NCBI RefSeq assembly: GCF_025526975.1
Contig: NW_026515704.1
Location: forward strand, 1-64,000
Length of the DNA stretch: 64,000 nucleotides
Direction of reading: 5' to 3'
Source of the DNA: Fimicolochytrium jonesii
Lineage: Eukaryota
A model generated the notes under the pieces. It saw nothing but the letters and a program-made list of their open reading frames with translations, had not been told where the DNA came from and ran no database searches. A program made the translations under genes and the position numbers. Shown piece by piece: positions 30,743 to 43,700 of the stretch (position 1 is the first letter of the stretch; each line of letters starts with the position of its first letter).

Positions 30743-33700
30743 GGGTGCTAATACCGCCGTTAGATATGCGATAGTCAACAATGACCGCTTAGAACTTGAT
30801 CCATTTGAAAACCCGCATCGAAGGGCGCAACGGCTCGACGGCGACCAACGCCAAGGAAACGGCCCCGCAGAGCGTAACCGCCCCTTGCACAGGCGCAGGG
30901 GGGTACCCCCGTGGTCGTCACCTGGAAGGAGGCACTCCCGCTCACGCTCACCTCGTCGACGTCTAAGCCCGGACCCCCGACGCCGGAAATGGACGCCAGA
31001 GGGATACAGGCGCGGCTAGCGAAGAGCGTCAGCGCAAGGCGGCCGCCGAGAAGGAGTTCCGAACCACCTTGGCTAAGATGCTGACCAAGTTTGATGGTAA
31101 GGCTAACGGTAAAGACATGGTCGCCAAACTGGAAGAGTTCGTCGACGCCCACCTACGCTATCTGGAAGCCACCAAATTCAGAACGGAGGACGGGGACGTG
31201 AAACACTTCATAGCCCACTTGTCGGGAGACGCCGCTGAGTGGTGAAAGCTCGAGGCTCGCTCCAGAGAGCCTCCCGCCACCCGGGAACGGTTCCGGAAGG
31301 CACTCAGGCGCAGATTCTACCCCGCCAACCTCCGTAATTCAGTCGAGGCGAAACTGGCCCCCCCTGAAGTTCAAAGACAGCATGTCAGACTACGTTTTGG
31401 CCTTCAACGCACTGACCACACAGATCGCTATCCTCCCCGAAAAGGAACATCTCACGCCGCGACAGGAACTTGAGTACTTCCTGAATGGGCTGACCTTCCA
31501 CCAGGTCGGACGTCGCATCCGTGAGCAGTGTTACCAGTTCATCCTACAACAGGGCAACGAGGACGAAGACACCGCCATCAAGACCCTTCAGGAAGCCGCC
31601 CAGAGGGCCTTCCGCATCGGGGGTTATGCCGACGGGATCGCCCGCATTTCGTAAGACGGCAAACGGATCCAACCCGCTACGGCCACTCCGGCCCAGGCTC
31701 GCGACAAGCGCGATACACCCCGCACCTTCAACTCCAACCGGGGACCCCTTGGGAAGGAGAGGAAAACTCAGCGAGGCAAATGTCACACTTGCGGCAGCAA
31801 TGACCACTACGCCCGAGCGTGCCCTAAGAACCCGGACTGACTCAAGATCTCGGCGGCGCCCGCCGAGGCCTTCGACGATGACAACGACGAGTTCCATTTG
31901 GCCGCGGAGGAGCCCCCAAGCCCCGCATACTCCTCCCACAGTCAGGATTTTCTCCCCAGGGCCTGACCGCCTGCAGCGCCTCAGCGTCAAGACAACCCGA
32001 GGGACCTACCGGACCCTGACTGCAGGACACCATTCCGGAATACCGCCCCGGGCCCGTCATCGACAAGCACACGTTCATGGTCCATAGACGTGTTGGCGGC
32101 ATCTTCTGCCGCATCCTCATAGACACTGGTTGCAATACCATGCTCATCAGCGACTCATTCGCCCATCGCCATGATATTAACACGTACGACTGTCCCACGC
32201 CGCTTGAGGTGCGCTGGGGTGACAAAGCCGGATCATACGGCGCCACGCGAATGATTTGTGCCGACCTCTCCGTCTTCACGGAGGAACAAATACCTCATAA
32301 GACCCCTTGGGTCCCGTTCGTCGTGGCCCCAATCCGCGCGGATGTTATCCTAGGGCTACCCTACATTCCTGGACCTTGACCTCCTACGCTTATGGCGCGA
32401 CAATGGGTTCCCGGCGCTTCAATTCGAGGCTAATGCAACCGTACTAACTTTCCGAGCTCAAACTACCACCCGCCGATGGCAACAACCCAGCGCTTGCGCA
32501 GCCCGGTTACTCGAACCTCATACGGGCCCTTGCCCCCGCCATTTCTACCCAAAGCGCGTGGCCTTGAATGAGGAGGGCTTCCTCACGGCCAAACAATTCA
32601 AGCGAGCGATCAAGAGGGATAAGACCACCGAGGTCTATACTGCATGGGTCTCACGCACGGACACGGGGGTGGACCTGGCCACAGACGACGCCCTCACGGA
32701 CGTCGCCGAAGCCGAGGCTAACTTCGTTCGCACGGTCAAGGCGAAGAAACGTGCGATCCTTGCGGACCGAAAGGCAACGGCCACTCCGGATACCACCCCA
32801 GAGGATCCACTCGCGTCGGTCGCCGCCGACCACCCTCTTCGCCCCACGTTGGAACAGTTTACAGAAACCCTCTTCACGGAACAGACCGGCCTCCCGCCGG
32901 ACCGCGGCGACGACAACTTCAGCATTAATCTGAAGCCCGGCTCCAAGCCTGTCATGCTCCCACTCCGCCACTTGGCCCCCGATGAACTCGACAAGCTACG
33001 GCAGCAACTCGAGCGCCTATCATCCCGCGGGTGGATCTCCCACTCTAAGAGCCCCTTGGGGGCACCCATACTGTTTGCCCTGAAGAAGGACGGTGGCCTC
33101 CGCTGCTGCATCAACTACCGGGCCGCCTCAACAAGATGACCCATAAGGACGCCACACCCCTCCCAAACCTCAACGAGCTTCGGGACCGCCTCGTCGGCAT
33201 GAAGGTCTTCACCCCTATCGACATCCACGATGCCTACCACTGCATCCTCATTTGGGAGGAAGACCGTGAGAAGACTGCCTTCCGGACGCGCTTCGGCCAC
33301 TTCCAGTACAACGTATTACCCTTTGGGCTGACGAACGCGCCCGCGACGTTCCAACGCCTCACGAACAAACTCCTGGGTGACAAGTACGATTCATACCTCA
33401 TCTCTTACCTTGATGACATCCTTATTTTCAGCCCCAACATGGACTCACACATCGGGCATGTCAGTGAAGTGCTGAAGACCCTCTCGTCTCACCGCCTCCA
33501 CGTGAAACCGTCCAAATGTCAGTGGGCAGTGGACCAGGTCGAGTTCTGCAGGCACATGGTCGGTAAGGACGGCCTCTCCATCGCCCCGTCCAAGGTCGAG
33601 GCTGTCCGCACTCGACCCGAACCCACCAGCGCCCTCGAGCTCCTCTCCGTTATGGGGCTAGTCAACTATGTCAAGGAATACATTCCGCATTATGCTGATA

Positions 33701-35969
33701 CAGCCCTCCTACTGACGAACCTTCCATCCGGCACGCGCCCGTGGGAGTGGGGCGCCGAGGAACAAGCAGCATTCGACACCATCAAGGCGCGCGTCGCCGA
33801 TGCCCCTTGCCTGGCGTTGTTTGACCCCGATAAGTTCCCCTACGTCTTCTCTGACGCGTCGGGCTTCGCCGTAGGGGGCTGGATTGGTCAGGGCAGGGAC
33901 GGCAACTTTCCCAAGCCGAATCCACTGCCCACCACAAAAAAGGGCCTCAATAACCTTCCGCGCCTCCGCGTCATCTCATATTACTCACGCAAGATGGCTC
34001 CGGCCGAAACCCGATACCCCGTGCACGAACAGGAGCTCCTCGCATTGGTCAAAGTGATCCGCGCTAACCGCCACTACCTCGTTGATCGCCAATTCTGTGC
34101 ATTCGTCGACCACGAATCCCTCATATACCTCCAGAATCAGCCTCATCTCTCCCGGCGCCAACTGGATGGGTGGAGTTCCTTCAGGACTACAACTTCACCA
34201 TCGAATACCTCTCCGGCGAGTTCAATCACATCGCCGACATACTCAGCCGCACACGGCTGTACGCCCCAAAGTGCGCCAGCTGTCAGATGAAGGTCGAAGT
34301 GTTCTCCATTGTCACCGGGACACCTCTACCGGACATCACCGGCCGCCTCCCTACTGACGCCAAGTGGCTCACTGCGCTCGACGATGACAAGTTCTGCAAG
34401 GACGCCCTCGCCCACCTGCAGACCACCGAGACGAACCCCGACGACCCCTCTACCCTCTCGGGTTTTGCCCGCCGCCTCACGCGCGACGACCGCGGCTTCC
34501 TTTTGTACCATGGCCGCCGCTATGTCCCCGAGGGCCTTCGGGGCCCCCTCCTCAGGTTCTATCATGACTCCCTGGCCAACGGCGGCCACTCGGGTGTCCA
34601 GCGCACCGTCGCCAAACTCCTCGCGCTCTACTACTGGCCCCGCCTCAAGCGCAAGGTCCACCAGTACGTCTGGACTTGTCCTGACTGCCAACGCAACAAG
34701 CAGGCTTCCAACTTCGGGCTCCTACGCAGCATTCCGGTCCCCAACGAGCGCTGGTGTTGCGTCGGCTTGGACATCTACTTCCCCACGGCAAACTCTAAGG
34801 GGGGGGAAGCAGGAGACGAGTCCGTCATGGACAAGGGTTAGGGTTTTAGGGTTAGGGTTAGGGTTAGCCGTCCTCATCCTGGTGGACTACTTATCCAGCT
34901 GCGTAATCCTCATCGAGACCCACGCCAAGGCGACGGCAAAGGAACTCGCCCCGCTGTTCTTCGACCAGGCCTTCCGCATCACGGGCATGCCCCACACGAT
35001 CATCAGCGATTGGGACACCAAATGGACCGGCGCCTTTTGGAAGCACCTCCTGAAGTGCGCCGGCGTAGAGCAGGAACTCTCGTCGGCACGCCACCAACAG
35101 ACCAACGGCAAGACGGAGAACGTCATCAAGACAATCAAGAAGATGATGGTCCCCTACCTGAACTACACCGGCTCAAACTGGCGCAAGATGCTTCCCCTCC
35201 TCGAGTACAACTACAACAGGACGCCCCAGACCTCCACGGGCATGTCCCCGTACGAGATCGACATCGGGTACATCCCGAAGGTACCAGACCAATGGGGTAC
35301 CAGCGACCCAACAGAGCAACTGAAACAGGCCGATCAAAAGTGCATTGAGGAGCGCATGCAACAACTGACCGAGGTGAGCCGCATCGTTCAGCACAGACTC
35401 CGAGAGGCCCAGGACAGGCAGGCAAGATACTATGACAGGAACAAGAATACGGACGCGTTCGTAGTAGGCGACCAGGTCCTGCTGAACCGCGAAGGCATCC
35501 AGATCAAGAGTATCTCGGCCCGAAACAAGAAGCTGTCCACGCTATGGATCGGGCCCTTCACCGTCAGCGGAAAAGGGCCCCACCCGCACACCTACGAGCT
35601 GGAGCTCTCCCACGAGTTCAGTGGACTACACCCGGTGTTACACGTCATCATCCTACGCAGGTACAACCCTCCGGAGAACGGCCCATACCGGAAAGTGGAC
35701 GCACCACCCCCCCCAGAGGAGTCAACGGCGAACTCGAACACCAAGTTGAAGACATCCTCGACTCCAAGTGGGTACGCAACACCGAGATGTTCCTGGTCAA
35801 ATGGGCCGGCTACGACGTGTCCCAGAACACCTGGGAGCCACTCCGACACGTCCATGACACCTCGGCCCACAAGCGATATGTCCGAAAGCAAGCCGCCAAA
35901 CGCCAGGAGACTCGGGAGACCAAGGCGAAGGAGAGAGCGGCAGTCTCTCGTCGCCGTAAACGTATCTGA
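30743..35969 (+). pseudogene. B1 gag-pol remainder (gag, protease, RT, RNase H, integrase, chromodomain), disrupted
   Basis: KFDG, CHTCGSNDHYARAC knuckle, [56 protein letters not shown]; multiple stops and frameshifts. Confidence 0.92.
34838..34865 (+). repeat. 28 nt telomeric insertion inside the B1 integrase
   Basis: ACAAGGG[TTAGGGTTTTAGGGTTAGGGTTAGGGTT]AGCCGTC versus the empty site ACAAGGGAGCCGTC in B2 (~44190-44203, minus strand). Confidence 0.95.
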
Positions 35970-36032
35970 ACCTTGTACATACGTGAAAACAGAGTTTCTA
36001 CTATCCGAAATGATCATTACCGTTACGGACTC

Positions 36033-36220
36033 ATGCGGGTGGGTACTAGTACCAAGGCCTATGATGCGGGCGGGTACATAGTACCAGGGCCTATGATGCG
36101 GGCGGGTACGTGGTCCCAGGGCCTATGCGAGCGGGCAAGCAAGGTGTCAGGGCTCATGCGGGCGGGTATGCAATACCAAGGCCTAGGATGCGAGCGAATG
36201 CGAGGCACCAGGGCTCAGGA
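36033..36220. repeat. ~33 bp degenerate tandem repeat (~5-6 copies) downstream of B1 pol
   Basis: Recurring ATGCGGGCGGGTAC..GTACCAGGGCCTATG. Confidence 0.8.
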
Positions 36221-36305
36221 CGATCGGTGAAGTACCAAAGGGAAACCCTCCAACGGGATCAAATTCAACAAAATATATACAAGAAAGAAGAACGACGACG
36301 CCAGG

Positions 36306-39300
36306 CTAAATACCAGCCTGTTTGGCGAAAGACCATTGGCAACGTGAGCCGTGGCAGGCGGTCCCCATGCCACAACGCAGCGGGACGAACTGCTGGACCT
36401 TCATCTGGCTAGATGGAGCGCATCACGTCAGTGGCGGGACCTGTCGGAAATTCACGACTGTTGTACTTACGCGCGGACATGCCCCATACACTGGATGTGG
36501 TCGCAAGGGAAGACCCGCACGTCCTCGGCCAGACAATCGCAGTCGGGCCACACACAGGTGCAGGGTAGCGCCTGGCAGAAGAGCGGCGCTTCACACTCCT
36601 CCCCGAAACCGTCCACGTACCCACACGTGAACTCCCTGATGGGCGTGTCGGTCTGTCGGGAAGAGACGTGAGCTGTCAGTCACCCCTCGGGAACCGCCCA
36701 TGACATGCGGTTCCTTACGGTGTTATCACAGAGCGGGAGGATGCAAGGCCGGCATATAACGTGCTGGCACGCCAAGAGGAACATCTTGCGGGGGCGGTAC
36801 ATATTGCAGTTCCAACACGTAGGTCGGGCCAGTGGAGCCGGGGGCTCCGGGGTACTGTCCGAGTGCACCTCGGGGGTGTCCTGAGATAGAATTGGTCAAA
36901 CCACGTAAGTTCAGTCAATCTGTTATGATCTCGACGACGGAGGCGGAAGCGAAGTAGAGAAGACAGGGCGAGAGTGATAGGCGACAAGAGATTGTATTGG
37001 CGAAAACAAGAAATAAGGACTAGAACAGGAGATGAGAAGAACTGGTGTTGATCTGCTGGGGAGGAAGGGAACGGACGAGGAGAGGCCGGCTATTTATAGA
37101 TAGGCAACCCAGCAGATCAGAGAACAACAACAACAAGAGGGGACTGGGGGGGCGCCAGCTATGCTCCTAGAGCGTGCGTGGCGAGCGTAGAGAGCATTGC
37201 TACAGCTGCTGGCTATGGGGAAGTAGTGGGGGGTGTGGAGAAGCCGAGGGGGGATTGGCGAAATGAGAGGAGAGAGGAGGAGTGGCGATATTGCAAGAGG
37301 ATTGGCGAAATGAGAGGAGAGAGGGGGAGTGGCATTGACATTGACATTGACACTGACATTGACATTGACATTGACACTGACATTGACACTGACATTGACA
37401 TTGGCGTTGACATTGGCGTTTGACATTTGGCGGTTGACATTGGCGGCTGTCAGTAGGTAAGCTTATGGTATGGGCGCGTCGTCCATAACATCACCCCTCT
37501 CTTTAGCGGCGGCGGCGGCGGCGTCGAGTTTGGTGTGGCCGCAGAGGAGGTGCTACGGGGACAGAGGAGGGCTTGTTGGGGTACGCGCTGTGGAAGTCCT
37601 GGAGGAGTGCGTCGGTATGGGTGAGGTGTTCCACGGGCTCCCAGGTGTTCTCGGAGTCAGGCCAGCCCTGCCATTTGACCAAGTACTGAAGGCGACGACA
37701 ATGGATGCGAGAGTCAAGGATGGCTTCGACAACCCACTCTTCTTGACCCTCAACGGTCTCTGGGGGCGCGGGTTCGGGTTCGTGTCTTTCGGAGATGGTG
37801 AAGCGGGGTTCAAGGAGCGAGACATGGAAGACATCGTGGATTTTGTACGTAGGCGGGAGCTTGAGCCGGTAGGCGACGGGATTGATTTTTTCAACGATGG
37901 GGAATGGCCCAATCTTGCGATGGTCGGGTTTCTGAGAGGGCTGGGTTGTATGGAGGTTTTTGCGGAGGAGCCAGACGTGGTCGCCAGGCTTGAAGTCCGG
38001 TCCAGGAATTCGTTTGGCGTCGGCGTAGCGCTTCATTTGATCTTGGGCTTCCTTGAGCTCGAGGGCGAGCTGTTCATGGACTTCCCTGATTTGTTTAGCG
38101 CGGGCTTCAGCGGCGGGGTTGACGGATTCGGAGGTAGCAGAGGCCGCAAAACTGAAGCGGGGGTGGAGACCCTTGTTGGCGTAGAAGGGGGTGGTCTGGG
38201 AGGCCGACTGATGGGTGTTGTTGTAGGCGAACTCGGCGGACGACAGAAGCTGTTTCCAGTTGTCCTGTTGGTGGTTGCAAAAGCATCGGAGATACTGCTC
38301 CAGGATCTGGTTGGTGCGTTCCGTCTGGCCATCGCTCTGGGGGTGGAAGGCCGAGGAGAGGTTGGCTTTTGCCCCAAGGAGTTCGAGAAGTCGACGCCAG
38401 AACCGGGACTTAAACTGGGGTCCTCGGTCAGAGATGACGTCGTCGGGGAGGCCGTGGAGACGGATGATGTTGTGGAAGACTAGGTCGGCGGTGGATTCGG
38501 CGGATTCTGACTCGCTGCAGGCGATGAAGTGGGCCATCTTGGTGAGGCGACAGTTGACGTTCAGGATGGAGTCGTACCCGTCCACGGGAGGCAGACCGGT
38601 GATAAAGTCCAGGGACCAAGATCCCCAAGGGCGGGTAGGGATACTGTTGGGCTGGAGTAGGCCGTATGGTTTGTGTCGACTGGATTTCGCTTGGCTACAG
38701 GTATCGCAGGACTTGACGTAGGCCTTGACGAAGCGCCACTGGCTGGGCCACCAGTAGTTGCGGGAGGCGAGTTCGAGCGTCTTGGACATCCCAAAGTGGC
38801 CGGCTAGGGGAGTATCGTGCATGTCGTGGCAGACTTCAGCTCGGAGCTCGTTGGTGGGGACATAGACCAGGTTATCGTGCAGCAGGATCCCATCTTCATC
38901 TGAGAACCGCTTGATACGATCTTGGGTTTCCTCAGTTCGTTGGGCGAGGGGTATCTTGAGCTTTTCGCGAATGGTCTTAGCGAGGGGATCAGAGGCCTGG
39001 GCGGCCTTAATCTTGTCAAGCAGCGTGGTATCCATGGGTGTGAGGTAGGCAGCCGCGAGTCGAAGGCGTTCGGGAGTCAAAATTGTGGTTGCCTGGGAGC
39101 GGAACGCTTCTTCCCCCTCTTTTAGCTCATGTTCGGAGCGTCGGGAGAGGGCATCGGCTTGGTGCTGCTGGGGACCGGGGCGATAGGTAATGACAAAGTC
39201 AAAATCCGAGATGAATATCGACCAGCGGGCTTGGCGGCGGTTCAGGGTGCGGGTGGTCATGAAGTACTGAAGGTTTTTGTGGTCGGAGTAAACGGTGATC

Positions 39301-42300
39301 TTGTGACGGGCGCCAATGAGATGGTGGCGCCACTGGGCAAAGGAGTCTTGGATGGCCAGAAGTTCCTTGTCGTAGATCTCGTAGTTGATCTCTTCGGCCG
39401 TGAATTTGCGAGAGTGGAAGGCCACGGGGTGGAGCTGATTGTCCTGGTCAGGTTGGAGGAGAACTGCGCCAAGAGCGAAGTCGGAGGCGTCAGTTTCGAC
39501 GACGAAGGGCTTCTCTGGGTCAGGGTGAGCAAGGATGGGGGCGGTGGTGAATGCTTTCTTCAGGTTCTCGAAGGCGGTGTTTGCGGCGGGTGTCCAGGCG
39601 TACGGGATGTCTTTCCGGGTCAGGGCTGTGAGCGGGGTAGCAATCTTGGAATAACCTTGGAGGAATCGGCGATAGAAGTTGGCAAAGCCGAGGAAATGCT
39701 GGACGCCTTTGACATTCTTGGGGGGCTCTCAATCCGTGATGGCAGCGATCTTCTTGGGGTCCATCTGGATGCCTTTCTTGGAGATGATGAAGCCTAGGAA
39801 CTCAACGGATTTGCGGTTGAATTTGCACTTCTCTGGTTTGGCGTACAACCCATGGTGTCGGAGGCGGGACAAGACTTCGCGGACATGTTTGGGGTGATCT
39901 TCGGGGTTCTTGGAGAATATCAGGATATCGTCGAGGTAGACGACAACAAACACATCGAGAATGTCGCGGAAGATGTCGTTCATCAGGTACTGGAAGACGC
40001 CAGGAGCATTGCTGAGTCCAAAGGGCATGACATTGTATTTCGAATAGGCCTGTAGCGGCAGCGGAAGGCGGTCTTCCATTCATCGCCCGGGCGCATGCGT
40101 AAGAGGTTATAAGCGCCGCGGAGGTCAATCTTGGTGAGACGGCGGGCGCCGCGCAAACGATCCATGATACCGTTGATCAGGGGCAGGGGGTAGCGATTCT
40201 TCACAGTGATGCTGTTCAGGCCTCGATAATCGACGCAGAGGCGGAGAGAACCGTCCTTTTTCTTCACGAATAAGACTGGCGCACCGGCAGGGGACTTTGA
40301 GGGTTTGATGAATCCTTTGGCGAGGTTTTCTTCGAGGTATTCGCAGAGTGCCTTCATTTCTGGTTCGCTGAGGCTGTAGATCGGGCCGAAAGGTGGCTGC
40401 TTGCCTTCTTCCAGATCGATTGGACAGTCGTAGGGCCGGTGCTCGGGGAGAGTGTCAGCATTTCTCTTTTCGAAAACGTCGGCGAAGTCTTGATACTCGG
40501 GGGGCAGGAAGTCTTTGATGTCTTTCTCGGGTGTCGGGGAGTTACTGGGGCTAGGCGAGGCTGGGTGATCGGGTTTCGCAGGGTTGGCGTAGGCAACAAA
40601 GACCTGGTCATGCCTTGCTGCGACCCGGAAGGCTGGGGCGGAGATGAACGAGACTCGGAGCGGCGTGGGAGCCGGTCCTGGGGTGCTGAAGCGAGATACC
40701 TTGGGTACTGGAATCGACCATGTTTCGTCGACGGGGACTTCATCCTGGGGGATGCGGATCAAGGGCTCGGGGGTTCTGGCGGGTGCTGGGCTCGGGGGTG
40801 CTGGAGAGTTGTCCCAATTCGCAAATTCATGGTACAGACAGTCGCAACGGAAACCGACCGAAAGGTTCTTGAAGTCAAGGTTAATGTCGTGGAGGCGGAG
40901 CCAGGGGAGACCAAGGAGGATTGGAGCATTGGGTGATTTGGTGACATGGAAGACGAGTTCTTCGAAGTGGTCGTCGACCCACATGCCTACTGGTTGGGTG
41001 TGATGGGTGATTGGCCCAGCAGAACTGGGTTGACCGTCAACGAGTTGGATCGTCAGGGGACGCTGATGTTGGACTAGGGGGATGCGGTGTTTGCGGGCAA
41101 AGTCTCTGTCGATGAAGCAGGACAGGGCACCATTGTCGATCATGGCTGAGGTAGGTATTGGGGCGCGGCTGGATGATACCATGATGGTAACGGGGTAGTT
41201 GAAGGGTTCGAGGGGACCCAGCGCAAGCATGGCGCGGGGGTTAATTTCGGAGTTTTCGACATGGGCAGCGGCTAGGAGGGTTGTGTCGGCTATGACGGAG
41301 TCGGGAACCAGGGGGGTGGCCTCTCCCGTTGCAGGAGCTGTGAGGTTAGGAGGCCCGGGGCGGTGTGTGTTGTCCAGTCGCTGGGGCTTTACTGCGGCTG
41401 GACTTTGGGAAAACCCTGTTCGGTGGAGGGTTCTTTGATGTCGACGTTGGCGGCACGGGTGGTGGTCTTGTTCTTGACGGGGCAGACTTTTGCAATGTGC
41501 CCTGCACCACCGCAGTAAAGGCAGAGGCTGCTGGAAATGCGGCGTTGGCGTTCCTGAGGGCTCAGAGGGCCGCGGGGACGAGCGGCGTCAATCAGCATAG
41601 GCTCGCTGTGGTCGACAGTGGTGGTAGTAGTAAACGAGGTATGGGGCACTGGGAAGGTCTGGCGGCTTCTGTTTCGCTCCAGGCGGCGCTCAAACAGCCG
41701 GTTATTGCACTGGATAGCCTGTTCCATCACTACATCAATGGTGGCCGCAGGGGGCATCGTGAGCATCAGGTCTTTGACGTCTTCTTTGAGGCCACAGCGG
41801 AAGGTAGCGATCAGGGCCTGGTCGTTCCAGGAGACATCGCATTGAAGCTGGCGGAACTCAGCGACGTACTCGGTTGCTGCACGGGTTTGGCGAAGGTTCT
41901 GGAGCTTGTTTTCAGAGGTGCGGACCCTGTCGCTGTCTCCGAAGACCGATTGCATCTGACTGATAAAACTATCGAAGTCCTGAAGGCTGTGATCTTGGCG
42001 TTCGACTAGGGGCGCCATCCAGGCTTGCGCAGTGCCGGTGAGGTAGGTGCCAATGGTTTGGATCTTGATGATGTCGCTGGGGTAGCGGTCGGGCTGGAGA
42101 GCAAACATCAACCGGATGTTGTTCAACCACCCACGGAATTTGCTGCGGGTACCATCAAACTTCTCGGGCGAGCTGATTCTTGGCTCCAGAGCAGGGTTGG
42201 TGGCTTGGGGACGGGTGTACGTATCGGCTTGAACCTGGGCGGCGATGCTCTGGGCAGCTTGTGCGTCGGCTTGGGCTTGGGCTAGGTTGGCCTGCAAGTT

Positions 42301-43175
42301 GGCGTTTTGGCTTTGCAAGGCGGCGATGGCTTGGCACATATCATTCCATTGCTTGGCGGTGAAAGGTACGGATTCGGGTTGGGACATGGCGAAAAAGGTT
42401 TGTCGGATGCAGGGCTGGACGGGTTCTGAACTTCGCAGTGTTGGAGCAGATCAAACTGTTATGATCTCGACGACGGAGGCGGAAGCGAAGTAGAGAAGAC
42501 AGGGCGAGAGTGATAGGCGACAAGAGATTGTATTGGCGAAAACAAGAAACAAGGACTAGAACAGGAGATGAGAAGAACTGGTGTTGATCTGCTGGGGAGG
42601 AAGGGAACGGACGAAGAGAGGCCGGCTATTTATAGATAGGCAACCCAGCAGATCAGAGAACAACAACAACAAGAGGGGACTGGGGGGGCGCCAGCTATGC
42701 TCCTAGAGCGTGCGTGGCGAGCGTAGAGAGCATTGCTACAGCTGCTGGCTATGGGGAAGTAGTGGGGGGTGTGGAGAAGCCGAGGGGGGATTGGCGAAAT
42801 GAGAGGAGAGAGGAGGAGTGGCGATATTGCAAGAGGATTGGCAAAATGAGAGGAGAGAGGGGGAGTGGCATTGACATTGACATTGACACTGACATTGACA
42901 TTGACATTGACACTGACATTGACACTGACATTGACATTGGCGTTGACATTGGCGTTTGACATTTGGCGGTTGACATTGGCGGCTGTCAGTAGGTAAGCTT
43001 ATGGTATGGGCGCGTCGTCCATAACACAATCGGGCAACCTCCGTGGACTCACCACTCGCTGTCGCTTGAGAGCCTTCTTCAGGCTGTCCCCTTTGGTGGG
43101 GCCCTTGCCTACTTTCTTCTTGCCCGATGACGGGCCGGCGGCAATGGGCTTGGCAGGAGGAGCTACGCTGGCCAT
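36306..43175 (-). CDS. Four-exon antisense cargo gene of element B: 189 aa tandem RING-like zinc-finger protein. Exons 43175-43053, 36880-36719, 36652-36471, 36408-36306; intron 1 interrupted by A2
   Basis: Donors GTGAGT, GTAAGG, GTAAGT; acceptors CAG, CAG, TAG; introns of 61 (without A2), 66 and 62 nt; CTGAC branch points in introns 2 and 3. Phases join into one open frame. TATAAAA at 43283-43277. Confidence 0.8.
37503..41416 (-). pseudogene. pol: A2 pol, frameshifted in RT (~40050, ~39730)
   Basis: Same domains as A1; [13 protein letters not shown]; integrase-chromodomain ORF 37503-39425. Confidence 0.93.
41389..42387 (-). CDS. gag: A2 Gag (332 aa), intact
   Basis: PEKFDG, retrotransposon gag core, CX2CX4HX4C knuckle. 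Confidence 0.93.
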   Translation of the reverse strand: MSQPESVPFTAKQWNDMCQAIAALQSQNANLQANLAQAQADAQAAQSIAAQVQADTYTRPQATNPALEPRISSPEKFDGTRSKFRGWLNNIRLMFALQPDRYPSDIIKIQTIGTYLTGTAQAWMAPLVERQDHSLQDFDSFISQMQSVFGDSDRVRTSENKLQNLRQTRAATEYVAEFRQLQCDVSWNDQALIATFRCGLKEDVKDLMLTMPPAATIDVVMEQAIQCNNRLFERRLERNRSRQTFPVPHTSFTTTTTVDHSEPMLIDAARPRGPLSPQERQRRISSSLCLYCGGAGHIAKVCPVKNKTTTRAANVDIKEPSTEQGFPKVQPQ

Positions 43176-43700
43176 AGTGAAGAGGGGAACGGCGACGGTG
43201 AGAGGTTACGAGATTGGGAGCAAGAAACGTAAGTCCGGGGACTGACGGGAAGGTGCCGAGGGGACTACTGCCTTCCTTTTATATGCCGCAGGGACAAGGA
43301 CCATAGCGCCCCACAACCAGCTGCGGCCGAATCATCTCTACCTCATATCGGCGTGGATCTGATTGCCATCGTGGTGACCACCGGTGATGCCAGCCGCACC
43401 AGTAGAGCCATGCGCACCCCTCATGGCCGACACCTGTGTCAGCTTCACATCAAGTAACAGCGGGGAGCGACTGACAGGTGCAGTCGGTGTCGGAGTGACA
43501 CTTGGCTCTAAGGGGGGTGTAATGAGGTGCTGCAGGTGTCACCTTAGTGCGGGGAGCGCGTAGGGCATGAGATCACGTGTAGCATAGATTATATTGGAGT
43601 CTTACGCTCTGGGGTGACTCCCAAAGGGAAGAAAAGCCTTCGGGCACCGCCCTGGGAGGTAGAAACTCTAGAAGTCTTTCAATAGATCGAGTGGAGACAG

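Larger units (their letters stand above)
36921..43026 (-). mobile_element. Ty3/gypsy chromovirus family A, copy A2
   Basis: 570 bp LTRs at 36921-37490 and 42457-43026; TSD CAATC at 36916-36920 and 43027-43031. Confidence 0.97.
24377..43700 (+). mobile_element. Ty3/gypsy chromovirus family B, copy B1 (degenerate; hosts A1 and A2; 3' LTR truncated)
   Basis: 5' LTR 24377-24594 (TGTAAT...ATTACA), PBS TGGTAGCA at 24595, gag ATG 24634, pol to ~35969, PPT AAGGGGGG 43510-43517, 3' LTR 43518-43700. Confidence 0.92.
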
